A DNA stretch of 57,088 bases, filler included, from Sphacelaria rigidula (taxonomy: Eukaryota): the NCBI GenBank assembly GCA_964200075.2. It is 7 parts of 7 records of this genome, joined end to end, with 100 filler letters (N's around TTAATTAATTAA, not from the genome) between each part and the next. Parts side by side here need not be neighbours in the genome. Positions count along the whole stretch, not along the records: positions 32,682 to 40,750 come from CAXNAA020012412.1; positions 40,851 to 48,919 come from CAXNAA020012413.1; positions 49,020 to 57,088 come from CAXNAA020012414.1; 4 more parts are not named here. One strand, given 5' to 3'. The position numbers and the translations under genes were made by a program. Shown piece after piece: positions 37,790 through 50,684 of the stretch. Position 1 is the first letter of the stretch; each line of letters starts with the position of its first letter. The notes beneath the pieces are model-generated. The model was not told the DNA's origin. It worked only from the letters and a program-made list of their open reading frames with translations, and made no database searches.

Positions 37790-39865
37790 CTACGATGATT
37801 CAAAATAATAAACAAGGAAAACAAAAATAAAAAAATAAAAAAATAAAAAAGGAGATCCAAGTGCACACTAAGTAGGTACCGGGCATAACATATGTGCACG
37901 TACTGTACACAGGAACGATGTGCAACACACGACAAAGCAATTAGTTTTTGATTCGGGAGATAGCACAAACACACACGCGCGCGCGCGCGCGCTAAAATCG
38001 GCCTTGATTCGCAAGCGAAATCGCTCAGAAATCGCCGACACATAAAAACAACGCGCAAGTCATTGATAAATCAGCCCGAAAATAGCGCAAACGAGTCCGA
38101 CTCACGCACGGACAGACAAAGAATTACGACATCTGGAATCTGGACGAAAAAAGCTATACCTTCTCGGACGAATCATGGCCGGTTCTAATCACCATATTCA
38201 CGATTTTTCAGGCATGATTGCTCAAGAAAGAGAAAAAGTAGGTTGACCGATGATCAAAAAGGTCTGATCGCACTTTTTGGGCCATTACACGTACCTGGGT
38301 TGCAACGCTGAAAACAAAGCCTCACGATAGATTCGTACCGTACGAATCAATTAGACTAAAATCAAGTCATTTCCAGACGAATCATTCATCTGACCGACCC
38401 CCGAAAAAGCTCGAACTTTTCGGAGAACCTCCGCAGGAACCAAGACGTTTGTTTTCCTTTTGAAACCCATGACAAACGCGCGGAGGACTTTCCCTATTTG
38501 TGCCGGAACCACCCACAACGTGCAGTGACAACAGGGATGTCTTCTCCAACCTAGCTCGATCATTACCTTCGCGCTGAAAAGTTCGAAAACTGTTCAACCT
38601 CCAACCGCAGTGTATGTACATTGAACCGTTTCACCCTTCAATTCTGCCAGCGTGAATTTACTTTCGAGGACGATCAAGTATCACAGCGACTACAGCATCC
38701 TGATTTTTAGAAACCCGTTTTTTTTCTTCTCCCCAGCGTCATGCGCTTCTCGGCATTATCGGAAACCGCCCACGTCGTCGCTTTTTTTTTTTTTTCATCA
38801 CACAAATGTTACGCTTGCAGAAGAACACCACCAAAAACGCTTCTCCGACACTGTTCATGCATGGATACCATCAGTGTCTGTCGACGTCTCATTGCCTCGT
38901 CAACCACGCATCACCAGTTACTGCATACCTTCAAAGGAAAAAACCGTCGCCGAAAACACACACATATATGTGCATATATCATTTCACATTTTTCACCACT
39001 TTTGCAGAGTTTTCTCTGGCGGCAAGGCATTGTTTCCCGCGCTTTTTTTTGCAGCGCACTAAGAAGGCTCAGCGGAACATTGCCGTTCAGGTTTGGGTGT
39101 CATCTGCTACCTGTGGCGCGTGCTCTGGCCACCGAAAGTCGTTCAAATTTGCCTTTTTTCGCGGGGTGTCGATTCCGAACCACAAACGCTGTTTGATTGA
39201 TTGATTGTCGCACTTTAACTGACCCTCCAGGGGTTCAGCCATGGTCTCATGATAGACGCATCCAAGAAAAACGAAACCGAAACACGCTGTGAGAAAAAAA
39301 GAAGGAACAGAAAGAAAAAAAAAAGGGGGGTCGAACAGAGCGACATCGCAGACAAAGTCGTGACGAAAAAAAAAGAAATAAAAAAGTCAACACGAGCAAA
39401 GAACAGAAAGAAATGGCCGAACTGAATCAAGAAAAAAGGAAAAGAAGAGGGAAGTACAAAGCAAAAAAAATGCAACACAATGAAGATCATGAAAAACTGT
39501 AAACAGGAACCCGAACCACAAAAGCCTGTGGAAGATCATGAAAATCTTGAAAAATACTTCGTGATTACTTTTGGCGGGGTATTTTCCCCCCGTGTTGCTC
39601 TTTGTTGCTTTCTCGTTCATTTGGGAGCACGAACACACCGGTTTTGCCGCCAATGTCACGAGAACATAAGAGCAAAGCAGCTGAAAACAATCGCACATTG
39701 CCTTGACCTTAGTCACCAGCAAACACGAGACCGTGCAATGGGCCGTTGACGAGTTGAACAAGGCACAGCAGCATGGCAGCACAGGTATGTTTTGCCGCAA
39801 AACACAATCACCCTGTTTTGAAGAAAGGCCCGGTGATGCGGAAGTCACAGTGATGTGCAATCGTT

Positions 39866-40362
39866 CATGGTTAGGACAAATCAAATCGTGAGTCAACTCA
39901 TTTTCATCATTTCGACGAATAAATTATACGGGTCATACATCACATGTAATTCATACAGGTTTTGAGCTCTAGTGTCGTGCAGTACACCGTCGACGGCACC
40001 TGTTTCCTACCCTTTAGGTCATGGGGGGCAGGTCATGAACACATGTTGACCCCCTGTAGAAAAATACGGAATAGATCGGTTGTACATGCCACCCACACTT
40101 ACCATGAGGGATCTATGGTATCTGCATCTATGTCATGCGTGTGTCTCCGTGCGGGACGAAGAGTCGGCACATCGTTGAATCCTGACATGACATGGGTTTT
40201 GCATCGGTCGTACTTTTCTCCCAATATGTATACGGTTGAGATGACTCTACTGCATATATTATTCACCGTTGGGTGCATGCGGGATCAACACTCGAATACA
40301 GGTTGACCCCTGCCATGTCGTGAGGAGTCAACTCGTATAAATCTTGATTCGTCCTAACCGTG
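39866..40362. mobile_element. MITE family C, intact (P- or hAT-type)
   Basis: TIR CATGGTTAGGACAAATCAA / TTGATTCGTCCTAACCGTG; perfect 8-bp TSD CAATCGTT at 39858-39865 and 40363-40370. Confidence 0.85.
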
Positions 40363-40676
40363 CAATCGTTTCGGACAAGAACTATCACTGTGCAGAATAT
40401 ATGGCTAGGTAGGTGGGTAGCTAGCCGACATTGTCCGGCAAAACTACAAACTATACGAGTCCTGCTTCGTATTTGTTTTTGAAACAAGACCATACAGCGC
40501 AGGAAGTCTGCACCCATGGGGTTGGAGGGCTCGGGGGTTTGTACACTGTTCATTTTCGAAACAAGAGCGCGCAGTACCATCAGTCGGCAACAATGGGTTC
40601 GGAGGCCTCGGGGGTTTCTCCCCGAACACGAGATAATGTCATGCAGGTGCACTGACGACTATCGCACGCGAGCGGA

Positions 40677-40679
<3 letters not shown>

Positions 40680-40725
<46 letters not shown>

Positions 40726-40750
40726 CGTCCCATTTATTCTGGGCGCCAGT
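40680..40750 (-). repeat. (TG)n microsatellite forming the tail of a SINE family 1 copy
   Basis: The TG run is followed by TTATCGTCCCATTTATTCTGGGCGCCAG, the SINE 3' end. Confidence 0.85.
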
Positions 40751-40850
40751 NNNNNNNNNNNNNNNNNNNNNNNNNNNNNNNNNNNNNNNNNNNNTTAATT
40801 AATTAANNNNNNNNNNNNNNNNNNNNNNNNNNNNNNNNNNNNNNNNNNNN
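40751..40850. other. Artificial scaffold linker
   Basis: N44-TTAATTAATTAA-N44. Confidence 0.98.
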
Positions 40851-41529
40851 ATACGAAGATTTTAATCCTCCGGGTTCTCATCCTCAATGAAAAGCACCAT
40901 CCTCAACATAGATGATTGGCTGTTTGTATCTGACAATTTTGTCGTGTGAGTGCGTGTACATGAACGCACTACTGTGAAGTAGTTTGCGCACACCTTCTTT
41001 CGGCATTCCGCACGAAAGCGGGGCATTTTTCACACGCCTCCTCATCGATATTCGCCCGACCTTCACTCGAAACCAGAAGGGGCAAATGATACTCGGCAAG
41101 ATAGTATACCAACGAACTGAGTGTATGCAGGTGTCGAAACGTCTGTACACGTGAGTGGAGGTTTAAAAAACAAGTTTTATGGTCATGAGGGGGGGCGTGT
41201 GTATGAACGTGTCGAAACGTGACGTATGGAGGTGTCGGGACGTCCGTTTACGCGACGAAAAATGGAATGGTAGTGTACTATTTACGTCCACAATACCTTG
41301 TCTCTCATTTCCGGTTTATATATTTCATCATTGATCATCGTTCATACCTGCACTGCCTCTTTCGATTATCAATTTGCTTTCCACATATAAATTAATGCGA
41401 GGAGAAATAATTTTGCCCTGTCACCAGGGCTTGGTAAGATTCACACACCCTCTTCTCGACAAAAGTAGCGAGGGACCGGAGCGAAACGAAGGTCTCGAGC
41501 GGCTTGTATATGTGCATATATACCTCGCA

Positions 41530-41828
41530 CTTTGAGCTCCGCCCCTTCCTCGGGACGAGTCCGTGGTCTTAAGCGTTCAACTCATCTCTCCCCGCTACAC
41601 ACCTTATGTTTCGGTCTCGCGGATTGGGTCAGCACTCCCGCACGGCGTTAACTCTCGTCAAACAAACTTAGCCAACTACTTTATTTACTCACGTACTCAC
41701 CACGCTTTCGACGGTGGAAATTAGATACTTCGAAGAAAAACCCAACGCATCGGGGATCAAACCCACGGTCGTTCCACCCTAATAGTGGTAGTCGCACCTT
41801 TAGACCTCCTGCGCGCGGCGGTGACTCT
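41530..41828 (-). mobile_element. Probable second SINE family copy
   Basis: Minus-strand tRNA-like head with GGAGGTCTAAAGG and B-box-like GGGTTTGATCCCC, followed by a body shared with the GGGACGAGTCCG repeats. Confidence 0.45.
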
Positions 41829-43267
41829 ATACATGAAGGGGCGCATTTTTTCCCCTCCATACGTCTTTTCTGTGGCATTTTCGTTGCTACATGGCATTGT
41901 GCCTGATAGCCATTTGCGCACCTGTGTTGTGCCTGTTGCTTGTATCTCAACAGTTCCTGCATTATCCTCTTGTACTTCGAAAATAAATGAAACGATGTCT
42001 CCTCGAAAATGATACTCGACATCACGGTGTGCTCCAACCTGCTATTGGATCTTGGACATGTGTGCCGCGATAGTATGCAAACAAGAGCATTTCTGATAGT
42101 TTGTCAGATAAGCTCTGGACATGGTATATGAGGACTTGATTAGAAAGGAAAACTGAACTGAAGTGCACTCGTTCGTGTTCGGAATAGTAAAGTCGTTGCT
42201 GGAAATACTTCACGGGTGTGCAAATGAGGAATTTACTCCATCAAAAACTACCAGTCCTTGACGAGTTCCCCAAGGACTCGACAAAACTGTGGCGTCGTTT
42301 TCTCGACGCCTGACGCAAGCCCTTCGCAGCCGTTTGGACGCTGTGGAAATATTTCTAATTTCAAAACTCTTGATTACCCCCAAACACAGAAACCCTTCGC
42401 GTGCAGTAGATGGCAGTGAAATGTCTTATCTTATCTCAGCTGCGCTCCTTGAAAGCTAACCCAATCTGTCTCAGACAAGACATTGTTCGTCAGCGCCCGA
42501 TGGCATGGGCCACAAAATGAAGCCGAAAGTAGCTCATATGTTGTCAGAACGCCCTTGCTGCCGGTAGAACCATATCTTGCGCCAGGGACAAGCTTGTGAT
42601 GGCCCCCACAAAGTCGAATATTTGAACACAACCCCTTCGCACGCGCATCGACATCGACTCTACATCAGATGAGCTACAGCTCGTAGGTTACAGTATGCCG
42701 GCCCCCATGCGGGCCACGCCAGCAACAGCTGAGTCAACGCCAGAGGTATCTCGTCTCACTCTGCATGCCAAGAGAGTCTCCGTGGTCGTGTGTTCTTCAC
42801 TGCATTTCCTCAACCCGGATGTGTGCGCCTGTCCTTGTACCAAGCGAACGCCAAAATTTACGGTAACACTTCCCACACTCAATTTTATTTTCGCGGAACG
42901 GTGATTGTTCGCACATGGGTATATGTCAAGGGGATGGCGGTGACAGGAACATGACCCTGTTTTTCGACGACGCGTTCTATAGCGCACAGAGACACGCCCT
43001 GTGCAAAAAGATAGGCAGAGCGGAATCGATCTTTGCACAGGTCAGTGCTGTAGACAAGACACGAATTAATTGGCTGTCCAGCTGCTGTAACCCTGGACAA
43101 CTCGATCGTTTTGCTTTGACTGTCCCACTAATCTCCTGCCACTCGTGTGCCGAAGGGCTGGCAATTTGGCTATGTGGTGGTAACTTGAGAGCAGTGCTAC
43201 GGTAGGGGTTGCACATGTTGTTTCTCGGGCTCTATTTCTTGTGGGAGCACAAATATGTCAGTATACC

Positions 43268-43773
43268 ACATATTCTGGAACTGTCCATTCAGGCCTATTT
43301 GACCCTAAAAGTGGTATCGCGATAGTATCGCGATAGAAAGAAAGACAAATTTCTCTATCGCGATGCTATCGCGATGGACAGAAATGGCCAGGATTGGCAT
43401 CGCGATAGCATCGCGATAGAGAGGAATTGCATTTTTCTATCGCCATACTATCGCGATAGAAAAAAAGCCGTTCCTCTACATCGCGATTCTATCGCGATAG
43501 CATTGTTTACGACCAGAGAAAATCAAATCAAGGTAAACTGTCTGGTCCTACATATTTCCTCGTGAAAATGTTTAATGTCGCCAGTGGTCGTTGCAAGCAA
43601 CTGTGTGATCCTGTGGCAGATAGTATCGCGATAAAAAAATGCAATTTCTCTCTGTCACGATGCTATCGCGATGCTATCGCGATGCTATCCGAGCCAAATT
43701 TTCCTCTCGCGATGCTATCGCGATACCATCGCGATAAATTGTTTTAGCCTAGAGGGGCCGTTCCAGAATATGT
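43268..43773. mobile_element. Non-autonomous TIR element with ATCGCGAT palindrome arrays
   Basis: TIR ACATATTCTGGAAC(T/G)G / CCGTTCCAGAATATGT enclosing many (T)ATCGCGAT(A) motifs. Confidence 0.75.
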
Positions 43774-44587
43774 AGGGGTCCCTAATATATAGGGCTTACT
43801 TTGAAACCCTCGTCTCCGGGGACCGGACTCCCAGACACATGGGGTTTGCACGCAGGGGCCTTTTCATGAAGCGGCATTATTTTCAGTCTTTTTCGAGTAC
43901 AAATGATGCCGGTTCACAAAATGACCGTCCAACATTCCGATCAGCCCCGAGAGACCTATTCACTAAAAAAGTGCAACTCCCACCGTAGCATCACTCTTGA
44001 TGCCAGTCTCTCGAGTGATTGAGAATCGCCGAACGAAGATGCACAAAGGACACGAGCGAGGAGCTGCCTCTCCGCCATTGCTCCTCCGGTGGCATAGGTC
44101 ACGTGTACACCGCATGAATTGGGTGCACCTAGCCACACCTGCGTAGCTTTCAACAGAAAAAAAAATCGCGGCATAAATGTTCAAAATCGAAAGGCAGGTT
44201 GGAGCCCACCGCGATGTTGAATCCCATTTTGGAGGAGACCCTGTTATGAGTGCATCAATCGCAGACGTAAGAAATACCCTGACCTCTGGGTATACCGCAA
44301 CTTGTTCGTAGTCAGGCTCACATACCCCCTTTTCGCCCAGAAGTGTTTCACATTCCATCGTTCCGGAACGTGGTCGCCGGCGTTTCATAGTGCAGTTGAA
44401 CAAAACTGTGTTTCTCAAATACATATATGTCAAAACTGTGCATCCCATCAGAGGAATCTGGCCACTCAAATCCAGGAAAATGCGTGTGGTCATGTTGTGG
44501 CGGTGCTCACGAGGGCCCACATGTTCTGGCTGCTAGTGTTTCTTTGTTGGAAATCAAGAGGAAGAGGTTTCGAACATCTTCGCAGCT

Positions 44588-44843
44588 GACACTTCTGCGA
44601 TAGTCCCCCCCCCTCCCCCGACATAAACCCAGCCCGAAAATGTCACGGAGAAAATGGTCATACAGAGCCTTATCTTTGGGTCCAGGCTGCATGAAGCGAC
44701 TCATGTGGGCAACATTGGCGAGAGCGAACCCAAGCGTTGGAGTTCCCAGCTGCTCGTAGGCTCGGCTTTTTTCATTTCGATTTACGTGATTTTTCCTGGC
44801 CAAATCAGGCACGTTTTTCGGGGGGGCTACCTTAAATAGTGTC
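44588..44843. mobile_element. MITE family B
   Basis: GACAC...GTGTC termini; 4-bp TSD AGCT/AGCT. Confidence 0.8.
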
Positions 44844-47800
44844 AGCTTAGCGGAATAACTAGTGGCGGTTGAGCTGACAAGTAACGACGTAGCAAAAATC
44901 GTAGTAACCGAAACGGTACAATCATAAGGTAGAACAATGATGAGATCAAGAGCAACAACTAACTCAACTCCTGTTAGGGCGAAAGTACAGAAGTGTGAGA
45001 ATAATGACGAGCTAGATACGACGGGGCAGATGTACAGTCTATAATATCAAGAGTTCGGACGGACGTACAGTTTTACGGTGCGAGTAGTCTATTTTTAGAG
45101 AGATAACAGTTTGAGGCCATCCCTCTTGTTTCACTCTCCGAAGCTACCCACATCAACAGGCTTACCGGCTTGTTTTCGGTTCTCGTTGTTGAGGATAGAG
45201 TACCACCCTGACCGGAAATGTAGATACAATTTGAAAAACTGGGAATGTAAGGACGATTTGGACATATACTTATCAGTGACATCCCAGCTCTTCTAGATGC
45301 GTGGAAATGTGTCCAAATAGTGTCACGGGGGGATGCGAGGGAAAAAAGATGCCAGGGTGACCAGGGGACGCCAGGAAACCTCCCTCGGGCTTCTACTGCA
45401 TGTAGGGGGAAAATACCTGATCTGGTCCGTTTCATCATACCTTAGAGATGACGTTTTACCCTTTTCAGGAGCATGAAAATGCATGTACATGCGGTTGGAA
45501 AATTGAGGATGCAAGGAAATATTCCCCGGGGTGACCAGGGGATGGAATAATATCATCCCCGGGTTTCCAATGCAGCAAGCCCCGGTACATGGGGGAAGTC
45601 TGGGTCTTCAAACACCGTTGTTGCTGCCTTGAAGAAGCTCAACTATCACAGCCCTTCGCTCATCCACGTTGAAATTATTTCTCTTTGGTGTCTCGGCAGC
45701 ACTTTCAGTGCTAGACATGTTCCTTTCACACTGTGGGACGGTCTCTTTTGACCACTTTGCAAGCAGCGAGCTCTATGTACTGTTGCTGTGTGCTGGTGCA
45801 TTCGCGCGGGACTGTGTGTGTGTTTTTTGAATTCGCGCGCAAACGTGTCCGATTGAATGCGAGGTGTAAAAAAACCCCGGTTTAAAACAAGTTCAACCTA
45901 CTGCAGACGTAATGCCGCAATATGTCGAAATTGTGCCTACAGTTCCGGCGGGAGTGGTAGGTGTTTATTTCGTGTTGGCCTCACGAGCGCCTGTGAAAAC
46001 CATGGACATTCTTTCTTTTAACGCATATCGATCGTAGGTTGACAGTACAATTACTGTGCGCGCTCTGCGGAGTTTCTAGCGTTTGCCGCCACGCCCCGGC
46101 GGATTAACGTTACAGTACAGTTCAAGTTAGATAGGAATAACGCAGGTTCAATTATCAGCAGCTGCCTTTGTGTTTATCCTGAGAACTATCTGATCCCCGT
46201 CATTGAAAAGGTGAGGACATAAATAGCTGAAGGAGTTGAACTGACGAGAATCGGCATGCTGATACAGTCCGCGTTACTATGAAGGATGCAATGTACCGAG
46301 AGAGAGAGAGAGATGGAAAATCCCTGAGAACCACATCAGACTCATTCCGGGGAAGGGACGAGTTGCAAGGGTTCCCCCCCCCAAAGCAAAGTCGAATGTG
46401 CTGATGCCGTAACGTAAACTCGGCTTCACTGGCGGTTTCGCGACCATGAACTCCTCAACAAATGAAAATTGGCGATCTAATTTACTTTACCACCCCGTAC
46501 CCCGACCATTCTTGCAGGATACTACGCGGGAATGATAGCTTCATCATTCTCACTCGGCCGCATCGTAGGCGCGTACTTCTGGGGGTTGGTCGCGGACCGC
46601 CACGGCCGTGTTCTGGTCATGCAGATCAGTCTGTGTTCCTTTGCGATATGTTCAGTTGGCTTCGGCTTTTCCACGACATTGCAAATGGCGATTTGTATAC
46701 GGTGAGGGCGCAGTCTAGGCATCGCTGCTGTAGACACCGTAATAAACATGATATCGTGGGGGAAGCGACAAACTGTTCCGAGAGACGAATCAAAGGGAGT
46801 ATAATCGTTCAAACTATTCGACCGATTCACGACGTTTATGGCTCGAACGAAACCTTTCAATGATGGTCAATTCTTGCCATGTCTGACGCGACAATCGTAT
46901 GTTACGACATGCAGGTCGAGCTATCGAAAACAACTCTGTTGCGCTTAATTTATCTCTTGGCGAAACATACCCAACAAAATTTGTGACAATCCCTCACTTG
47001 CTAGATCGGGCCAGCGAAAGTACCGACCTCGAGGTGCGGGCCACACGTGTCACTTGAACCGTAACACGAGCGAGGCCTACTTCGTCAAGCTCGATGTGCT
47101 GCCTACGTTACCGTCTAGCAGAGCCTCCCTTTCCTCATGAGAACCTTGCTAATGGTGAGCGATACACTTGGTTGTAATCTTGAAATGTGTTTAGATCTAC
47201 AGCACCAACGCGGGAGTGCGAAGCTATAAAACAGGGGGCAGTCCCGCAATGAAATGATGACGGCAGTTTAGACTACAAGTATAATCGAAACGTAGAACGG
47301 AATTACTTCGCATGCAGCTCCAATTGAAGCTATACCGTTCTTTAATGCGGTATTTCCCCGCGCTCTGTACTTTCAGCAAATAATGGTATGTATAGCCGTG
47401 ACGGGCAACGTAAGAGGTTGGGGGGAAACAGACATTGGCAGCAACACCGTTCCTCCAGAGCCTCTATTTTCTCAAGCAGATTGCGACGAATTTGATACTC
47501 TCACCTATTGCAATACAATGGATCGTTCCAATCACTAGTGCTACGGTGCATCGTGTTAACCCTTTCGGAATAGATCTACCGACGTCACTCGATCCCAACC
47601 GTGAGCAAGGCAATGCCCCCATGATGTTAGCAGTATGATAACAAGGATCCACAACAGTCTCATGTTACTACTGCATGCTGTGTGCGGTTGCTGCCCTAGG
47701 TTTGTCGCCGGTGCGTTAACGGGGCAGTCGGTGGCCGGGAAGTCACTGGTTTCCGACGTATGCGGAGAAGAGCACGAGGTCGTGGGCATGAGTGTCGTGA

Positions 47801-48056
47801 TCAGTGAGTGAAATAAGAGTGCAATTAGCTCATTTTGCGCGACGATAATGAACGTGCTAAATGGTGGGGATCCACGGTACAGTACGGCCATCGCTGAGGA
47901 AGGTGTATTTCCTCCCTCACTGTTAACCATGACTGTTTCCGTAGGTCCTTCAGAGCTAGGCATATTGTCTTGGTTGATATCTAGGTACTGTAAGATATTG
48001 GACAGAGCGGGGACTGTCGCATGTATGTCTCCGACTCGATATTCGCGGGTCTTTAA

Positions 48057-48154
48057 CCCTTAGACCGCGAGATTAGTCTTTCTGGACCATGCATACTTTG
48101 TTTTACTCGAAATTGATGCTGATTCAACAGAAGACTAACCTCGCAGTCTGAGGG
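48057..48154. mobile_element. piggyBac-type MITE, 98 bp
   Basis: TTAA-CCCTTAGACCGCGAGATTAGTCTT ... AAGACTAACCTCGCAGTCTGAGGG-TTAA. Confidence 0.85.
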
Positions 48155-48320
48155 TTAAGGATGGCGAACATGATTACCTAGGATAACGAGATTTAAAACA
48201 TATATGCAAGTAAGGCGGGACATGCGGGCTCTGTCGTCCAATGTTCCTGTCGACACCATCTCTACCATGATACGGGTGTCTCTCAGTCATTTTTGCATGC
48301 TGTGACATCGATTTTCGATA

Positions 48321-48696
48321 TGTGTTGTGTGTGTTGCCGCCCCTTCTATTCTGGACGCCAGTCTACACTTTTCGGTACATGAGGGCGCAATAGCCGGGGT
48401 CACACAGGAGAAAGGTCAACACAGGAGTTTCTCCTTTTTTATGTTGTTTTTGTTTTGGTACTCCGCCTTCCTTCTGCGGTGCTTGCAATATATATATATG
48501 TATATATTATCGCAAGGAAGGTTCAGCAGTCCCTATCCGTCGTCATTCGTGAAGTCGAATTTTGTGTACTCACGACATAGTCGCTCTCCACTGTGGGGTG
48601 TTGGGTGATGACAAACCCAGATCGCTCCGAGATTCGAACCCACGACCCAACGGTCAGAGGATGTCGAGGTTACCAACTGAGCCACTAGGGCGACGG
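48321..48696 (-). mobile_element. tRNA-derived SINE family 1, full-length copy
   Basis: A-box TGGCTCAGTTGG and B-box GGGTTCGAATC on the minus strand; (CA)-rich tail. Confidence 0.85.
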
Positions 48697-48919
48697 AACA
48701 AAATAGAACTCGACAGTATTGCCGTTGGGAATTTCACCCACGATCTGTAGCCTGGCTGTATATTCCGTGTTCTGGATATCGACTCAGTAGGACCTCTAAA
48801 AAGTGACCTGTAGTCCATTAGAGCAGTACACTCGCTGCTGCTTTTCTCCGAACAGCTGTGGTAGTCGTATATGAGGGTGTCTGGGGTTGTTTTTGTTTTT
48901 TTTGTTTCTGAGCTGAACC

Positions 48920-49019
48920 NNNNNNNNNNNNNNNNNNNNNNNNNNNNNNNNNNNNNNNNNNNNTTAATTAATTAANNNNNNNNNNNNNNNNNNNNNNNNN
49001 NNNNNNNNNNNNNNNNNNN
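48920..49019. other. Artificial scaffold linker
   Basis: N44-TTAATTAATTAA-N44. Confidence 0.98.
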
Positions 49020-49490
49020 GTTTAAATATTCTCTGCTGCTTCGTATTTGCGATATGTGAATGAAAAGGTTAAGTGGGGTTGGTGTTGTGGGTGACGCCCG
49101 CAACTACTGCCACTTTTCGTGCTCCTGACTGCTCATGTTGAGAAGGACGGTGAATGTGGGGTGGAACGTAGTGGGCGTGTGCTTCCCGAGTGCAACCGCT
49201 AAACAATACAAGCACACAACACTATATCAGTGCAGTCGCTGGAGCAACTGCATTTCCGCGACACCGACCACTCGCAGGCTTGTAAATATGTACTCAAGTT
49301 AGACTTCATTCCATGTGAGCGAGATCGTCATTCGGAGATGACGTCTGTATCTGTAATTCATACGATTGGCTCGATTACGGGTCATTTTTCTGCAGTGGAT
49401 AGTGGTCGGTCCATTTTACAGATATATAGTGCCCAAAAATCGGGCCCCATTCACCCCCATAACTGTAGGGCTCAACGTTCATCTTGCCCA

Positions 49491-49750
49491 GACTAAAGCT
49501 ACGATAGCCCCCCCCTCCAAAAAAAACAAAAACAGCCCAAAACTGTCACGGAGAAAATGGTCATAGAGCGCACGATGTTCGGTTGCAGGCTGCATGAAAA
49601 GCCTCATTTGGGCGACATCGTCGAAAACGATCCCAAGCGTGGGAATTCCCAGCTGGTCGTTGTGCTCGGCTTTTGTCATTTCGCTTCACGTGTAGATTTT
49701 GTCTCCCCCAACCAGCCATTTTTTGGGCGGGGGGGCTATCGTAGTGTGAG
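49491..49750. mobile_element. MITE family B
   Basis: CTACGATAGCCCCCC / GGGGGGCTATCGTAG inverted ends; body matches 5743-6002. Confidence 0.8.
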
Positions 49751-49774
49751 CTCCCACTTTTTTTTTCCTCCCCT

Positions 49775-50435
49775 CGAAGGAAGGAGGAAACGTCACCCCA
49801 CACTCACTCCGCGAGCGGATTCGTGTGCTGACTACCTGGAGGCTCGGCTAGTCCACCTTACGGCGGTCATGTGGGTTATCTTGCCCACCTTCAACGAATC
49901 CTGTGCCATGCTGCTGTAGCACTGTACGCTCAATCAATATGGTCTATGCTACGCACGTTGGGCATCAACGCTGTCCCCCTGCTGCTGACTGCCGATTTTT
50001 CTTCGCCTGCTTCTGAATCTACCAGCTCACTTATCTGGTTGCCCCCTTCGACTGTCCCCCCCCTGCCTGCTCTATGTCGTAGGACTTTAGTAAAACCCAC
50101 ATACCTACCGCTGCGCTTGGTTCCGTGTTGTATTCACCTAACGGTAGCTTCATGCTACGCACGCTTTGGTCTTGCCTAAGATGCACATGGTGGTCGTGCA
50201 CTAGGGGCGGAGCTCGTACGAGTAGGGCGGCGCGTGCCCTGCGCCAAGTTGACACGGGATTTTAGGAGGTTCAACTTCCACGTTGTCTGGAGCAAAGCTT
50301 GCCGAATGCTCGAGGCGCTTACCCCACATGACTGCCGTGAGGTGATGTAGCCGAGCCTCAGGGTAATCGGCACACGAGCTCGTTCGCGGGGTAAGTGTTG
50401 AGTAAGACTTCATCCTTTTTTCAAAGGGAGAACAA
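49775..50435. repeat. Diverged inverted repeat pair (arms about 100 bp)
   Basis: 49800-49875 is the reverse complement of about 50320-50400 (both translate as CADY.EARL.HLTAVMW). Confidence 0.6.
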
Positions 50436-50684
50436 AATGGAGCCGTAGACGAGAAGTCCCGTCCAGCATGACAGGAATTCCCGCGAAGAAACCTAAAATT
50501 TCTCCGTTAGGACGGGACGGGACAGGACAGGACGGAAAGTCCCATCCCGTGAGATTTCCCTAGAGATTTTCTCTAGCCTGACAACCCCTGATTTTTGGAT
50601 GAAGGAGGAATCACCGTGTACGGGTATTTTCGTGTTCCTCTTACCTATTTTGCTTGCTTGGTTGCTTGCTTCCTCTTTGCATAG

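Noticed and set aside
40851-48919. Many 60-185 aa ORFs in scaffold 6
   Set aside because: No recognisable motifs or consistent exon chain; treated as intergenic or decayed repeat sequence, though short exons could have been missed.
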